Origin: Candidatus Micrarchaeota archaeon
GTDB lineage: Archaea > Micrarchaeota > Micrarchaeia > Anstonellales > Anstonellaceae
Length of the DNA stretch: 64,000 nt
Direction of reading: 5' to 3'
NCBI GenBank assembly: GCA_026413765.1
Contig: JAOAKI010000004.1
Coordinates: 97,513-161,512 of the forward strand
The position numbers and the translations under genes were made by a program. Below are positions 9,981-18,837 of the stretch, one piece after another. Numbering within the stretch: position 1 is the stretch's first letter; each line of letters begins with the position of its first letter. The notes under the pieces are model-generated. The model searched no databases and was not told where the DNA came from. It was given only the letters and a program-made list of their open reading frames with translations.

Positions 9981-12538
9981 CCGCAGACACCACCTGAGCA
10001 GATGCCCGAGCAGCAATTTATATTAAGCTCGCAGGTAGCTCCTGTTGGAAGGCATGAGCAGGCTTGGATATCACAGATTCTTGAGCAGCATTCTTCGTTC
10101 TTTGTGCATGGCCCGCCTTGTCGCTGGCAATTTATGCAACGCCCGTTTCCTGGCGGGATGCACTGCAAATTATTGCAGCATTGGATATCACTTATGCATG
10201 TTGCGTTTTCTGCATAGCATGCCTGGCATATTCCGCCGATGCATGCTAGATTTGAGCAGCACTGAGCGCTTGATGTGCAGCTTCCGCCTTCTGCCCGGCA
10301 AGTGCTGCATACTCCGTTGGAACAATATGGGGCAGATGGGCAACATTCGCTATCTTGCGTGCAGCTTCCGCCTTGGCGGTTGCAGCATGCGCCATTTACG
10401 CAACTACCCGAGCAGCAATTTACATCTTTCTCACAGGGCGAAAGCACGGCATAGCAGCCGCACACCCCTCCAGCGCAAACTTCACTGCAGCAGTCATGAG
10501 GTCCGTCGTTGCATTCTTTGCCTAAACCCAGGCAAGCTTGGCAAATGCTCGGCCTGCCTCTGCAGAGTATTCCCGCCCCGCAACATTCTTGATCTGCCTG
10601 ACAATTTGTACCGGTATTGGGGCAAAGCGTGCATCTTTTTGCACCTTCCTGGCCCACGCATTTTAGAGTGCCGCAACATTCGCTGTCTTGCGTGCATGTC
10701 TGCCCTATATCGCGGCATACGCAGATTCCGCCTTCACAAATGCGTCCATCACAACAATCTCTATTGACTGTGCAATTCTTTCCAAGCCCGCTGCATGACC
10801 TGCATGTCCCAAATGGCGCGCCAATGCAATTTAGCCCAGGGCAGCACTTGTAGTCTGCATTGCACGGTGTACCTTCTTGATAGCATGGGCGGCAGCCACT
10901 GTCTATGCATACCAACCCAGAACAGCATACCTGCCCTGCGCAGTAGGTTCCTTGCGGCACGCATGCGCCGCATGTTCCAGTCCCATTTTCGTTCATAAAG
11001 CACGCAAGCCCGCTACAACAATCGCTGTTTGTTGTGCAGCTTTGTCCTGACGAGCGGCAGAAGCCGCATTGCCCCATTATGCAAAGCAATCCGCTTCCAG
11101 GGCAGCAATCCGAACTTTGCACGCAATTTCCTCCCTCCGCAACGCAACAGATGCCATTATTGCATGTTCCTCGGCAACAATCACTGCTGTTTTGGCATGC
11201 GCCCCCTATGCCTATGCATGCTTGGCATGTTCCGCCAATGCAAGTCAATCCTTGGCAGCAGTCTGAAGGAGAGTAGCAAGCTTGCCCATTTTGTCTGCAT
11301 TCTTCGCAAAGCTTTGGTCCAGATGCAGGCCCAACGCACACCAAATTCCCGCAGCACTGCGAAGTCTGCTGACATATCTGTCCATTTTCGATGCACGCCT
11401 GGCAATATCCCGCAGGAGTGCATATCAACGGACTGCAACAATCTGATTGGCTTCTGCATTCTTGGTTAATCTCTTTGCATGGCTGGCAAACAGCATCTAT
11501 ACAAAGCAACCCGCTGCAGCAGTCTGTCCCAACTTGGCAACTTTCGCCCTTATGGTGGCAAATTTGGCACACTCCGTCTACACAATTCAGTCCGCCGCAG
11601 CATTCCGATGCGTCTACGCAGCTTTCTCCTTCGCCTTGGCATTCAGAGCAGACACCTGTTGAAAGCATGCAAACAAGTGGCGGGTCTTGTCCCCCGCAGC
11701 AATCCTGGTTCAGGAGGCAACCGCCTTGATTTTGGCTAAGGCAGCACCTTCCTTCTGAACACGATCCAGAGCAACATTCATCATCTGTCATGCAGCTTGT
11801 TCCCAGCCCCTTGCATCCGCTGCATACGCCGCCAATGCATCGCAGGCTTCCGCAGCAATCCTCGCTCGTAGTGCAGGTTTGCGATTCATTGCCGCATATT
11901 GAGCAAATGCCATCAACACACCTGAGGTTTCCGCAGCACTCGTCGCTGCTTGTACACTCGCTTCCCATCCGCTGGCAGGTAATGTTTGCAAACGCACATT
12001 TCAACGCAAGCCTTTTTTCTCCCTCTTGGAACTTGCCGCTCACTCCTACCTTAGAATAATCGAACCTTACCTTTAATTTTACGATTTTGCCCGGCTCGCA
12101 CGGAGGCGAGTCAGAAAGCACAACCCCGATTATCTTTCTTTCTGAGGTGGCAAGGCGCAAAGAATTTGTCTCCGGCCCGCCATATTCACAAAATACGCCG
12201 CTTTGGTTTTCTATCGTTATGCCTGTGACAGTAATCGTATCTACATCGCTGTTTTCGATTGCAAGGATATAGCCTCCCTTGTCAGGCTGGGTGCAAATCA
12301 CACCAAAATAGGCAATTGCTTCATAAATTCTTATTGGTTTGGCTGGTCCTGTCCAATAAAGCCTCGAATCTGTAATTGCGGACTCATCAGAAGGGGAAAG
12401 GAAAGAATTTAGAAAAATCATTACAACTATTCCTATTATCAGGACCATACCAACAGTAAATAGATATTCAGGTGAGGCTTGCCCCTTTGCCTCTCTTTTC
12501 GCTTTTTGAATCATCGCAAAATGCTTCTTTTCTACCAT
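9977..12538 (-). CDS. Class III signal peptide (pilin-like) surface protein with 24 tandem six-Cys knottin-like repeats
   Basis: N-terminus KREAKG/QASPEYLFTVGMVLIIGIVVMIFL (prepilin-type cleavage site, E at +5, hydrophobic helix); about 150 aa globular region; then Cys-rich repeats from residue 188 to the end. Confidence 0.85.
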   Translation of the reverse strand: MVEKKHFAMIQKAKREAKGQASPEYLFTVGMVLIIGIVVMIFLNSFLSPSDESAITDSRLYWTGPAKPIRIYEAIAYFGVICTQPDKGGYILAIENSDVDTITVTGITIENQSGVFCEYGGPETNSLRLATSERKIIGVVLSDSPPCEPGKIVKLKVRFDYSKVGVSGKFQEGEKRLALKCAFANITCQRMGSECTSSDECCGNLRCVDGICSICGNESQTCTTSEDCCGSLRCIGGVCSGCKGLGTSCMTDDECCSGSCSEGRCCLSQNQGGCLLNQDCCGGQDPPLVCMLSTGVCSECQGEGESCVDASECCGGLNCVDGVCQICHHKGESCQVGTDCCSGLLCIDAVCQPCKEINQECRSQSDCCSPLICTPAGYCQACIENGQICQQTSQCCGNLVCVGPASGPKLCEECRQNGQACYSPSDCCQGLTCIGGTCQACIGIGGACQNSSDCCRGTCNNGICCVAEGGNCVQSSDCCPGSGLLCIMGQCGFCRSSGQSCTTNSDCCSGLACFMNENGTGTCGACVPQGTYCAGQVCCSGLVCIDSGCRPCYQEGTPCNADYKCCPGLNCIGAPFGTCRSCSGLGKNCTVNRDCCDGRICEGGICVCRDIGQTCTQDSECCGTLKCVGQEGAKRCTLCPNTGTNCQADQECCGAGILCRGRPSICQACLGLGKECNDGPHDCCSEVCAGGVCGCYAVLSPCEKDVNCCSGSCVNGACCNRQGGSCTQDSECCPSAPYCSNGVCSTCRAEGGSCTSSAQCCSNLACIGGICQACYAENATCISDIQCCNNLQCIPPGNGRCINCQRQGGPCTKNEECCSRICDIQACSCLPTGATCELNINCCSGICSGGVCG
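9980..11977 (-). repeat. 24 in-frame tandem repeats of about 24-34 aa, consensus C-x6-C-x5-CC-x3/4-C-x4-C
   Basis: Parsed by hand, e.g. CQRMGSECTSSDECCGNLRCVDGIC, CGNESQTCTTSEDCCGSLRCIGGVC ... CLPTGATCELNINCCSGICSGGVC; 6 Cys in each. Confidence 0.92.
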
Positions 12539-12581
12539 TTTTATTCTTTTCTATTTTTAGCTTGTCTGCGAAATTTGCTTT

Positions 12582-13349
12582 TCAAAGATTTACTTTCATC
12601 CCGTCTTCCGCAGCAAGCGTCTCAACACCTGTTTGGCGTTCTATTTTTTTTGCTTCTTTGTCTGGACCTGCCTTGAGCATGCTCATTCCAAGATGCGTTA
12701 TTATTGCCTTTTTCGGGCGGGCTTCGTCCAGCAGCTTGCATGCCGCTTGCGTGTCCAGGTGGCCAGGTATCAAATCGTCTTTTGGCTTGAGACAATTTAT
12801 TATAAGCAAATCGGATTTTTCATATTGTTTTCCAATCCCAGCAAAGTATTCTGTGTCAGATGTGTATCCGATTTTTTTGCCATCAATTTCTATAACAAAG
12901 CCAAAACCGGTTGCATCTTCATGCTTGACTCTTGTAGCAAAAAAAGAGAATATTTTCCCTTTTATTTTTTGGCAGAGGCTTTCGGCCGGAGCAACCACCC
13001 AATATTTTTCAAGCATGTTGAGATGGTAATTAGAAACACCACGATCTCCTTTCTCATCACCAAAAATTACGCTTCTTGAGCCTATCAGATGCCCATTTTT
13101 TTTGCCAAACTTCGCAAATGCTTCAATAAGAAGATTAGCATCATTTGTGTGATCTATATGATTATGCGTAATGACTATCGCATCAATTGTCTTTGGGTCT
13201 TGGCGGTATTCAAGCGATGAGAAGAGCGCACCTGGCCCAGGGTCTACATGAAAATTTAAAGAGGCATTCAGCCTCCAGCCACCTGTTTTTCTTATCTGCC
13301 TTACCATGTTGTATCTGCCGCCTCCAGTGCCTAGAAAAACAATTTCCAT
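12582..13349 (-). CDS. MBL-fold metallo-hydrolase
   Basis: FLGTGGGR, VDPGPG, THNHIDH (HxHxDH), YTSDT, ITHLG; start at MEIVF overlapping the upstream gene. Confidence 0.88.
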   Translation of the reverse strand: MEIVFLGTGGGRYNMVRQIRKTGGWRLNASLNFHVDPGPGALFSSLEYRQDPKTIDAIVITHNHIDHTNDANLLIEAFAKFGKKNGHLIGSRSVIFGDEKGDRGVSNYHLNMLEKYWVVAPAESLCQKIKGKIFSFFATRVKHEDATGFGFVIEIDGKKIGYTSDTEYFAGIGKQYEKSDLLIINCLKPKDDLIPGHLDTQAACKLLDEARPKKAIITHLGMSMLKAGPDKEAKKIERQTGVETLAAEDGMKVNL

Positions 13350-15454
13350 TGCAACCCTCCGCCAAATGCTGCAACCAAAATGATAATTAATGGCATGCAT
13401 ATGCTGCCATCTTTTTTTGGCGATCCGCCAATATCCAACGTTTGATTGATCTCATACCAACTTCCGACTTCATCTTGCCATCCAATCCACACTTTGTGCT
13501 TGCCTTCCTGCAACACAAAATTGATTTCATCTTCCTCTCCTATTGCTGTTGTCTCACCATCATCTATCCTTATGGTTAGATTTTTTGGCATATTTTGTCT
13601 TTCAGTTTTTATTTTCACTTCATATGTGCCTTCACTTATTTTCGTGATCGAAGTGTCAGCCACTTTGACAGTTGGCTGTTTTTTTACGTTTATGAATTTG
13701 TGGTAGGATGTGCTTGTGGTTGCGCCTTTTACTGCCAGGCTTATTGGCTCTTGCAAGCCAAATTCTGGCAAAACCGATATTGTTATCTGAACAGGCTTTT
13801 CAATCTTCATTTCATACGCGCTTTTTTGGCTCCCATAGGCAAATGCTATAGTGACTGTTTGGGGATATTCTTTTGCAGAAATGGCAAATGTTAGGTTTGC
13901 CTGTCTGCCTTCAACATAGGCAGCAGGAAGCGAAATCTCCTCTATTTTCAATCCTTCTTCTTCCACCGACGCATTTGATATTTCGTATTCAAGCCATTGC
14001 AAGTCTCCGTTAGCATATGCAAGCAAGATTTTTTGCTTGCCTTGGCTTTTGCCGCTGTAAAAGTCATAATATGGAGTTTCGAGCATGTCTATCTTGCTGA
14101 TCTGATTTCCAATGAAGACATAAGCACTTCCATTTTTGCCGCTGGCTTCCTGTTGGAATATTATTGTATTTTTTTCTCCTATTTTTACTTTATCTTTGTA
14201 CAGCCTTGCATTAGGTGTACCTTGCCTTTCTGCCCGCGGATCAACTCTTACGCTTATGCTTCTCTTTTCCAAATATGGTGAATTCAAAGTCAATGGGCAG
14301 CTGTATTGGTAGCTTGGCGATATATTTGCTGGGACTTTGACAATCCAGCTGGCCACTGTGCTTACATTTGGCCTTAAAATAAGATGTTTAGTTGGCGTTT
14401 CCACTTCAAACGCACCCAAACCGACACACGTTGACAAGGTCACCGGAATGACAGCATACTCTTTGCCTTCGATTTCAAGAAATGCTGCGGTGGCAGATTT
14501 TGGAGGCAGTCGTTTTGCTGCAATATCAAAACTGTAGTCTTTTTTCGGTTCATCTTGTTTAAAGTCAAGAAGAACAATATTGCTTGCCATTGGTCCGCTC
14601 TTACCGCTTGTCTCCCATTCAATTCGCGCATTTTTTGGGAAATAATTTGCGACAAGGAGATTGGTTTCTTCTATCTCAAAAAATTTGCCTAATTCAACAT
14701 GCAGTGCGTCAAGTCTTCCAACTTCAAGCCAAGTTGGATCCACTGGCATCCATTTGCCGAGATAGACTTCGTTCCATGCATGTCCTTGCCATGTGCCATA
14801 TTTTTCACTAAAAACGTAGCCAGTAACGTATCTGGTCGGAAATCCTGCTGCCCTTGACAATGCAGCAAAAAGAGTAGCATATTCAAAGCAGACGCCCTCC
14901 TTTGTCTCCAAAATACTGATCGCATCTTTCTTTTCTCCAACGTATTGCTCATTGTATTTGACATTGTTGTGCACCCAAATCGCTATCTTTGCAACCTTTT
15001 CAAAATCATCTACAGAGCCTTCCACAATTTTGTCTGCAAGTGCCCTTATTTTTGGGTGGTCGCTTTGCGTTCGATTCGTTGCCTGAAGGTATCTGGCCTC
15101 ATTGTCTGCAAGTTGGCCGCCTCCAATGTCCTGCGTCATCCTTTTTGTTGTGTTTAGATGGATTGCAAATGAATAATGGAAAGGATTTTTTGGTTTTTTT
15201 GCTCCAATCTGGACGTATCTATTCCCCTCTTTCTCAAATGTTTTTTGAGCATCTACTTTTGCGCTTTGGTATTCAGTGGAGGCCGGGACTTGAATTTGTA
15301 GTGACAAGTCTTCTATAGCTCCTCCATGCACAATTACGCTGCCGCTTTCATTTATCAGCACCGTTGCTGAAGTTATGAGCTGGGGAATAAATTGTCCATC
15401 CGCAAAAATAATAGATAGAGTAAGAAGCATCGGAATAATGTTAATGATTCGCAT
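13331..15454 (-). CDS. Secreted/surface transglutaminase-like (Cys-His-Asp) domain protein
   Basis: N-terminal signal peptide; GVCFEYATLFAALSRAAGFPTRYVTG, HAWNEVY, WMPVDPTW; beta-rich C-terminal region; terminal hydrophobic anchor. Confidence 0.85.
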   Translation of the reverse strand: MRIINIIPMLLTLSIIFADGQFIPQLITSATVLINESGSVIVHGGAIEDLSLQIQVPASTEYQSAKVDAQKTFEKEGNRYVQIGAKKPKNPFHYSFAIHLNTTKRMTQDIGGGQLADNEARYLQATNRTQSDHPKIRALADKIVEGSVDDFEKVAKIAIWVHNNVKYNEQYVGEKKDAISILETKEGVCFEYATLFAALSRAAGFPTRYVTGYVFSEKYGTWQGHAWNEVYLGKWMPVDPTWLEVGRLDALHVELGKFFEIEETNLLVANYFPKNARIEWETSGKSGPMASNIVLLDFKQDEPKKDYSFDIAAKRLPPKSATAAFLEIEGKEYAVIPVTLSTCVGLGAFEVETPTKHLILRPNVSTVASWIVKVPANISPSYQYSCPLTLNSPYLEKRSISVRVDPRAERQGTPNARLYKDKVKIGEKNTIIFQQEASGKNGSAYVFIGNQISKIDMLETPYYDFYSGKSQGKQKILLAYANGDLQWLEYEISNASVEEEGLKIEEISLPAAYVEGRQANLTFAISAKEYPQTVTIAFAYGSQKSAYEMKIEKPVQITISVLPEFGLQEPISLAVKGATTSTSYHKFINVKKQPTVKVADTSITKISEGTYEVKIKTERQNMPKNLTIRIDDGETTAIGEEDEINFVLQEGKHKVWIGWQDEVGSWYEINQTLDIGGSPKKDGSICMPLIIILVAAFGGGLQWKLFF

Positions 15455-15487
15455 AACTTTCTTTCTCTTATTTCTTATTAATAGTTG

Positions 15488-16594
15488 CTATGCAAGAAAT
15501 TTTTTCTTGCTTATCTTTTCTCTTAAGTATTCGCCCACAAAGCTTAGTCTTGGCCCTTGCAAAGCATCCTGCTCAAGCTTTTTCTTTGTTTTCAGTACGG
15601 TCTTTAATTCATCAACCCAATCTTTGTAATTTTTTATCCACTCGTATGAAAGCATTTCTTCAGCTCTTTTTAAATCGACTTCTTTTGCCTTGATAGTCAG
15701 CTGCTCAAGGAAGTCATAATCTTCTATGTCCTTCATTGTCACGCCAACAAATTTTGCCTCTGGTGTTGCTATGTCACTCCCAAGATAAGCAAGGTTCATG
15801 CTTCCAGTTTTTATCGCCCAATATATATACCAGCCCCACGCATCGCAATCAGTGAAGCAATAAATGGGCAATCTTTTGTTTGCAAGTTTTCTTATCAGTC
15901 TCCTGCAGCCTCTGCTAGCCTGCCCCTTGGGGGTTATCAGAATGCAATTTTCTTTTTTCCAAAATTTGTCTTCATTTAGCCTCTGCCACATCGCATCCTT
16001 TTCCACCACCAGCACGTAATCTGCATCAATTTCCAAAAATTCCATTCCGTTGTCTACATCAGAGGGGATCATCCAGCCGCTTCTTCCTTGTTTCGTGCAA
16101 TCAATAATATCCTCTTCCCCGCCAAATTTGTCCTTAATTACCAAAGGACCTGCGACAACTCCTTTCCGGTCGGTATTCAAGTTCAAATCCTCTCTTTTCA
16201 CGTTTAATGCCACTTCCAAGTCTTCAACCAGAGGGTTACTTTCGCTCTGCTCTGAAAAAAGCTCTTCATCCAAGTCTTCTCCAAGCGAAAATTTCAGTTG
16301 GTAATACAGCCCTCTTATTGATGTATGTGCATTTTCGGTGAGAAATTTCTTGCATTTTGCGGCAATCGCAACTGTCTGCATGAATTTTCTTGCTTGCCCA
16401 ACATTGATGAATTTTCGTTCCTCCTTTTTGTCCCCAAGCCGCAGATAACCAACGCTTTCATCGTATAATATGTTGCCTTTGCTTCTAAGTGTTGTTGTAA
16501 AGGTCGGCGTGCTTTGCGCATTTATCTCAGATATCATCTTTCTGCCGAGGTCTTCCAGTTTTTTTATGACTTCTGCGCTTTTTTCATTTTTCAT
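15488..16594 (-). CDS. top6A: DNA topoisomerase VI subunit A
   Basis: SIRGLYY (catalytic Tyr), EQSESN, VLVVEKDA, DCDAWGWYI TOPRIM motifs; start set at MKNEKS. Confidence 0.93.
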   Translation of the reverse strand: MKNEKSAEVIKKLEDLGRKMISEINAQSTPTFTTTLRSKGNILYDESVGYLRLGDKKEERKFINVGQARKFMQTVAIAAKCKKFLTENAHTSIRGLYYQLKFSLGEDLDEELFSEQSESNPLVEDLEVALNVKREDLNLNTDRKGVVAGPLVIKDKFGGEEDIIDCTKQGRSGWMIPSDVDNGMEFLEIDADYVLVVEKDAMWQRLNEDKFWKKENCILITPKGQASRGCRRLIRKLANKRLPIYCFTDCDAWGWYIYWAIKTGSMNLAYLGSDIATPEAKFVGVTMKDIEDYDFLEQLTIKAKEVDLKRAEEMLSYEWIKNYKDWVDELKTVLKTKKKLEQDALQGPRLSFVGEYLREKISKKKFLA

Positions 16595-16604
16595 TTTCCC
16601 ACCG

Positions 16605-18239
16605 TCATTCTTCAATTTCCTCTTCTTTAACCTCTTCCTCTGCAGGAGCCTCTTCATCCTCTTGCTCTTCAATCTGCGTCGAATATTTTGTTTCGATTAG
16701 TTGAATCAATTTTTTCTCTATTTCTTCTGGCTTTTCTTTCCCTGCAAGATCAGCCAGGTCTTTTGAAAGCTGTGAGACATACCTTAATATTGCCTTCTTT
16801 CTTGCTCCCCTCTCCTTTTCGCGATTCAAGCCAGCAATATATCTTTGCAAGTCGCGTGCCGCCTCCATCATAGCATTTTTTATTTCCTGGAATATTTCTT
16901 CTTCTCCGCTTATTGCTTGTTTCCCTGCTGATGTGTATGGGACATAAACAGACGAAATGTTGACAAAGATTGTCAGTGGCTCTTCCTCAAAATTTTTCAG
17001 CCCATATCTTTTCCAATCTATGCTTTTTGCAGCTTCGGTTATTGCGCATCCAGCATTGTCAAATAGCAGCGGTGCCCTATTTGCGTATCTGATTATCTCA
17101 CTTTGCGATCCGTTTTCTGTGGCGTTCTTTTTGCCTGCCCCTCCACCATATGCAAGGCCGACCTCCACCATGAAAGGTATCCCACCCTTGTATATTTTTG
17201 GAGGTCTTTCGACTACTACTAGGTATTGCGGGGCAAGTATGTTTGCCAAAGATTTTTCGATGTGCTCTTTTCCTATCGGCCTCAAAGAGTCGGTCGCAGG
17301 CGCTATCCATTTTATTTTCGGGTCATGTATTGCCTTGACTATTTTTTCAGCCTCGCTCCATGTGAGCTCAGATGGCTTTTTGTTGAAATCAACATCTGGA
17401 AGAAGCTGTTTCAATTCGTCAATTTTTGACGGAGACACTCTTGCGAACCTCTCTTGCAAAAAAGATGAAATGCGGATGCATTCTTTTTCACGGTGCGCAA
17501 AGTCGATCAAGTCGTTCGTTGTTATGCCAAGAGGGTGGGGTTTGACTGTTATTGGCTTTGGCGGTATATGCTCGGAAGAGCGAGGAAACACGAATTTCTG
17601 GTTTAGAGGGTCAACAAGCTCAATATGCAGATGCGGATTTGCTATCGCTGTCCGCCTTACATACTCATAAACTCCAAAAGAAGACATGTCGTATTTTACA
17701 TCTGCGACTTCAGCTTCTACTTTCAAGCCATGTCCAAAATTCCCTTCTGCTTTTACTAAATTCATCACTTTCGGGGCATTTGATTTCAGATCGATAGCAA
17801 TCTCGCAATTTATTTTTTTGTTGTCATATCTGCTTTCGACCTTTATTGGCTTGCCAGTGGTTATCTGCGCATACATTGTGCAGCCTGATGCGCCTATTCC
17901 TTGCTGCCCTCTTTGCTGTGCATAGCGGTGGAACTTCGTTCCAGCCAACATTTGGCCTAGCGCTTTGCCTATATGCTTTTCAGGTATGCCAGGCCCATTG
18001 TCCTCCACAATCACTAGATATCTGCCTGATTCTCTGTCTACTTCTTTGATGACAACTTTAATCTCTGGCAGTATGCCTGCCTCTTCGCAAGCATCAAGGG
18101 AGTTGGTGATGTATTCATGGACAATAGTAGTGAGCGACCTTGTTTTTCCAGAGAAGCCAAGCATCTGCTGGTTTTTTTTGAAAAACTCAGCTACTGAATG
18201 CTCTTTAAATTCTGCAAAAATATTCTCTGTGATGCTCAT
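16605..18239 (-). CDS. top6B: DNA topoisomerase VI subunit B
   Basis: GHKL motifs HEYITNSLDACEE, EDNGPGI, QQRGQQGIGASG; RYANRAPLL; VPYTSAGKQAI. Confidence 0.95.
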   Translation of the reverse strand: MSITENIFAEFKEHSVAEFFKKNQQMLGFSGKTRSLTTIVHEYITNSLDACEEAGILPEIKVVIKEVDRESGRYLVIVEDNGPGIPEKHIGKALGQMLAGTKFHRYAQQRGQQGIGASGCTMYAQITTGKPIKVESRYDNKKINCEIAIDLKSNAPKVMNLVKAEGNFGHGLKVEAEVADVKYDMSSFGVYEYVRRTAIANPHLHIELVDPLNQKFVFPRSSEHIPPKPITVKPHPLGITTNDLIDFAHREKECIRISSFLQERFARVSPSKIDELKQLLPDVDFNKKPSELTWSEAEKIVKAIHDPKIKWIAPATDSLRPIGKEHIEKSLANILAPQYLVVVERPPKIYKGGIPFMVEVGLAYGGGAGKKNATENGSQSEIIRYANRAPLLFDNAGCAITEAAKSIDWKRYGLKNFEEEPLTIFVNISSVYVPYTSAGKQAISGEEEIFQEIKNAMMEAARDLQRYIAGLNREKERGARKKAILRYVSQLSKDLADLAGKEKPEEIEKKLIQLIETKYSTQIEEQEDEEAPAEEEVKEEEIEE

Positions 18240-18300
18240 ATCATCACTGCCACTGGTCGCATTATTACAACAGCCGATTCATTTAAAATCAATTGCTCTT

Positions 18301-18828
18301 TCAGAACATGTTCCTAATTTCATCTTCTTTTATTTTTCTCCTGCATTTTTCAAGATATGCATAAACAGAAGAGTGGGGGGCCCCATCGATAATCCTGAAA
18401 ATAGCCTCAGTAGCATAATCAAGTGTTTCTAGTTTTGAAATAACCGACACAGTATGGCCAAACACAACAACGTTTGCGCCAACTTCCTCAAATATTATCT
18501 CTTTTGTCCTTCCTTTTTGGCCTATGATTCTGCCCTTTATCCTCACGAGCGCTTTTTCATTTTTAGCATAATCCCTCAAATTGATTATTCTTAACCCATA
18601 TTCGTCTGACAACAGCTTCAGCGCAAGTGCAGGCTCAAAGCCCCTCCCAATTGCCTTCACAATGTCTTTTGCGATGTATTCGTCTACAGGTTCGCCCTTT
18701 ATTAAGACGCCACCGTCGCTATCGATAATCAGTTTGACATTCATTCTCCTCTCCAAATAATCTTTTGTTTGTCCTGTTTCGCCAACCAAAATCTTTATCC
18801 TCTCGTTGGGTATCCTTACTATCTGCAT
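18301..18828 (-). CDS. KH-domain rRNA-processing protein (Dim2/Krr1/Pno1 family)
   Basis: VKAIGRGF, RIKGRIIGQKGRTK, GAPHSSVYAYLE. Confidence 0.9.
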   Translation of the reverse strand: MQIVRIPNERIKILVGETGQTKDYLERRMNVKLIIDSDGGVLIKGEPVDEYIAKDIVKAIGRGFEPALALKLLSDEYGLRIINLRDYAKNEKALVRIKGRIIGQKGRTKEIIFEEVGANVVVFGHTVSVISKLETLDYATEAIFRIIDGAPHSSVYAYLEKCRRKIKEDEIRNMF

Positions 18829-18837
18829 AATACCACT

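Noticed and set aside
10002-12059. Many overlapping His/Gln/Pro-rich ORFs on the + strand and alternative - frames
   Set aside because: They are shadows of the Cys-codon-rich (TGC/GCA) repeat gene and show no independent coding signal.
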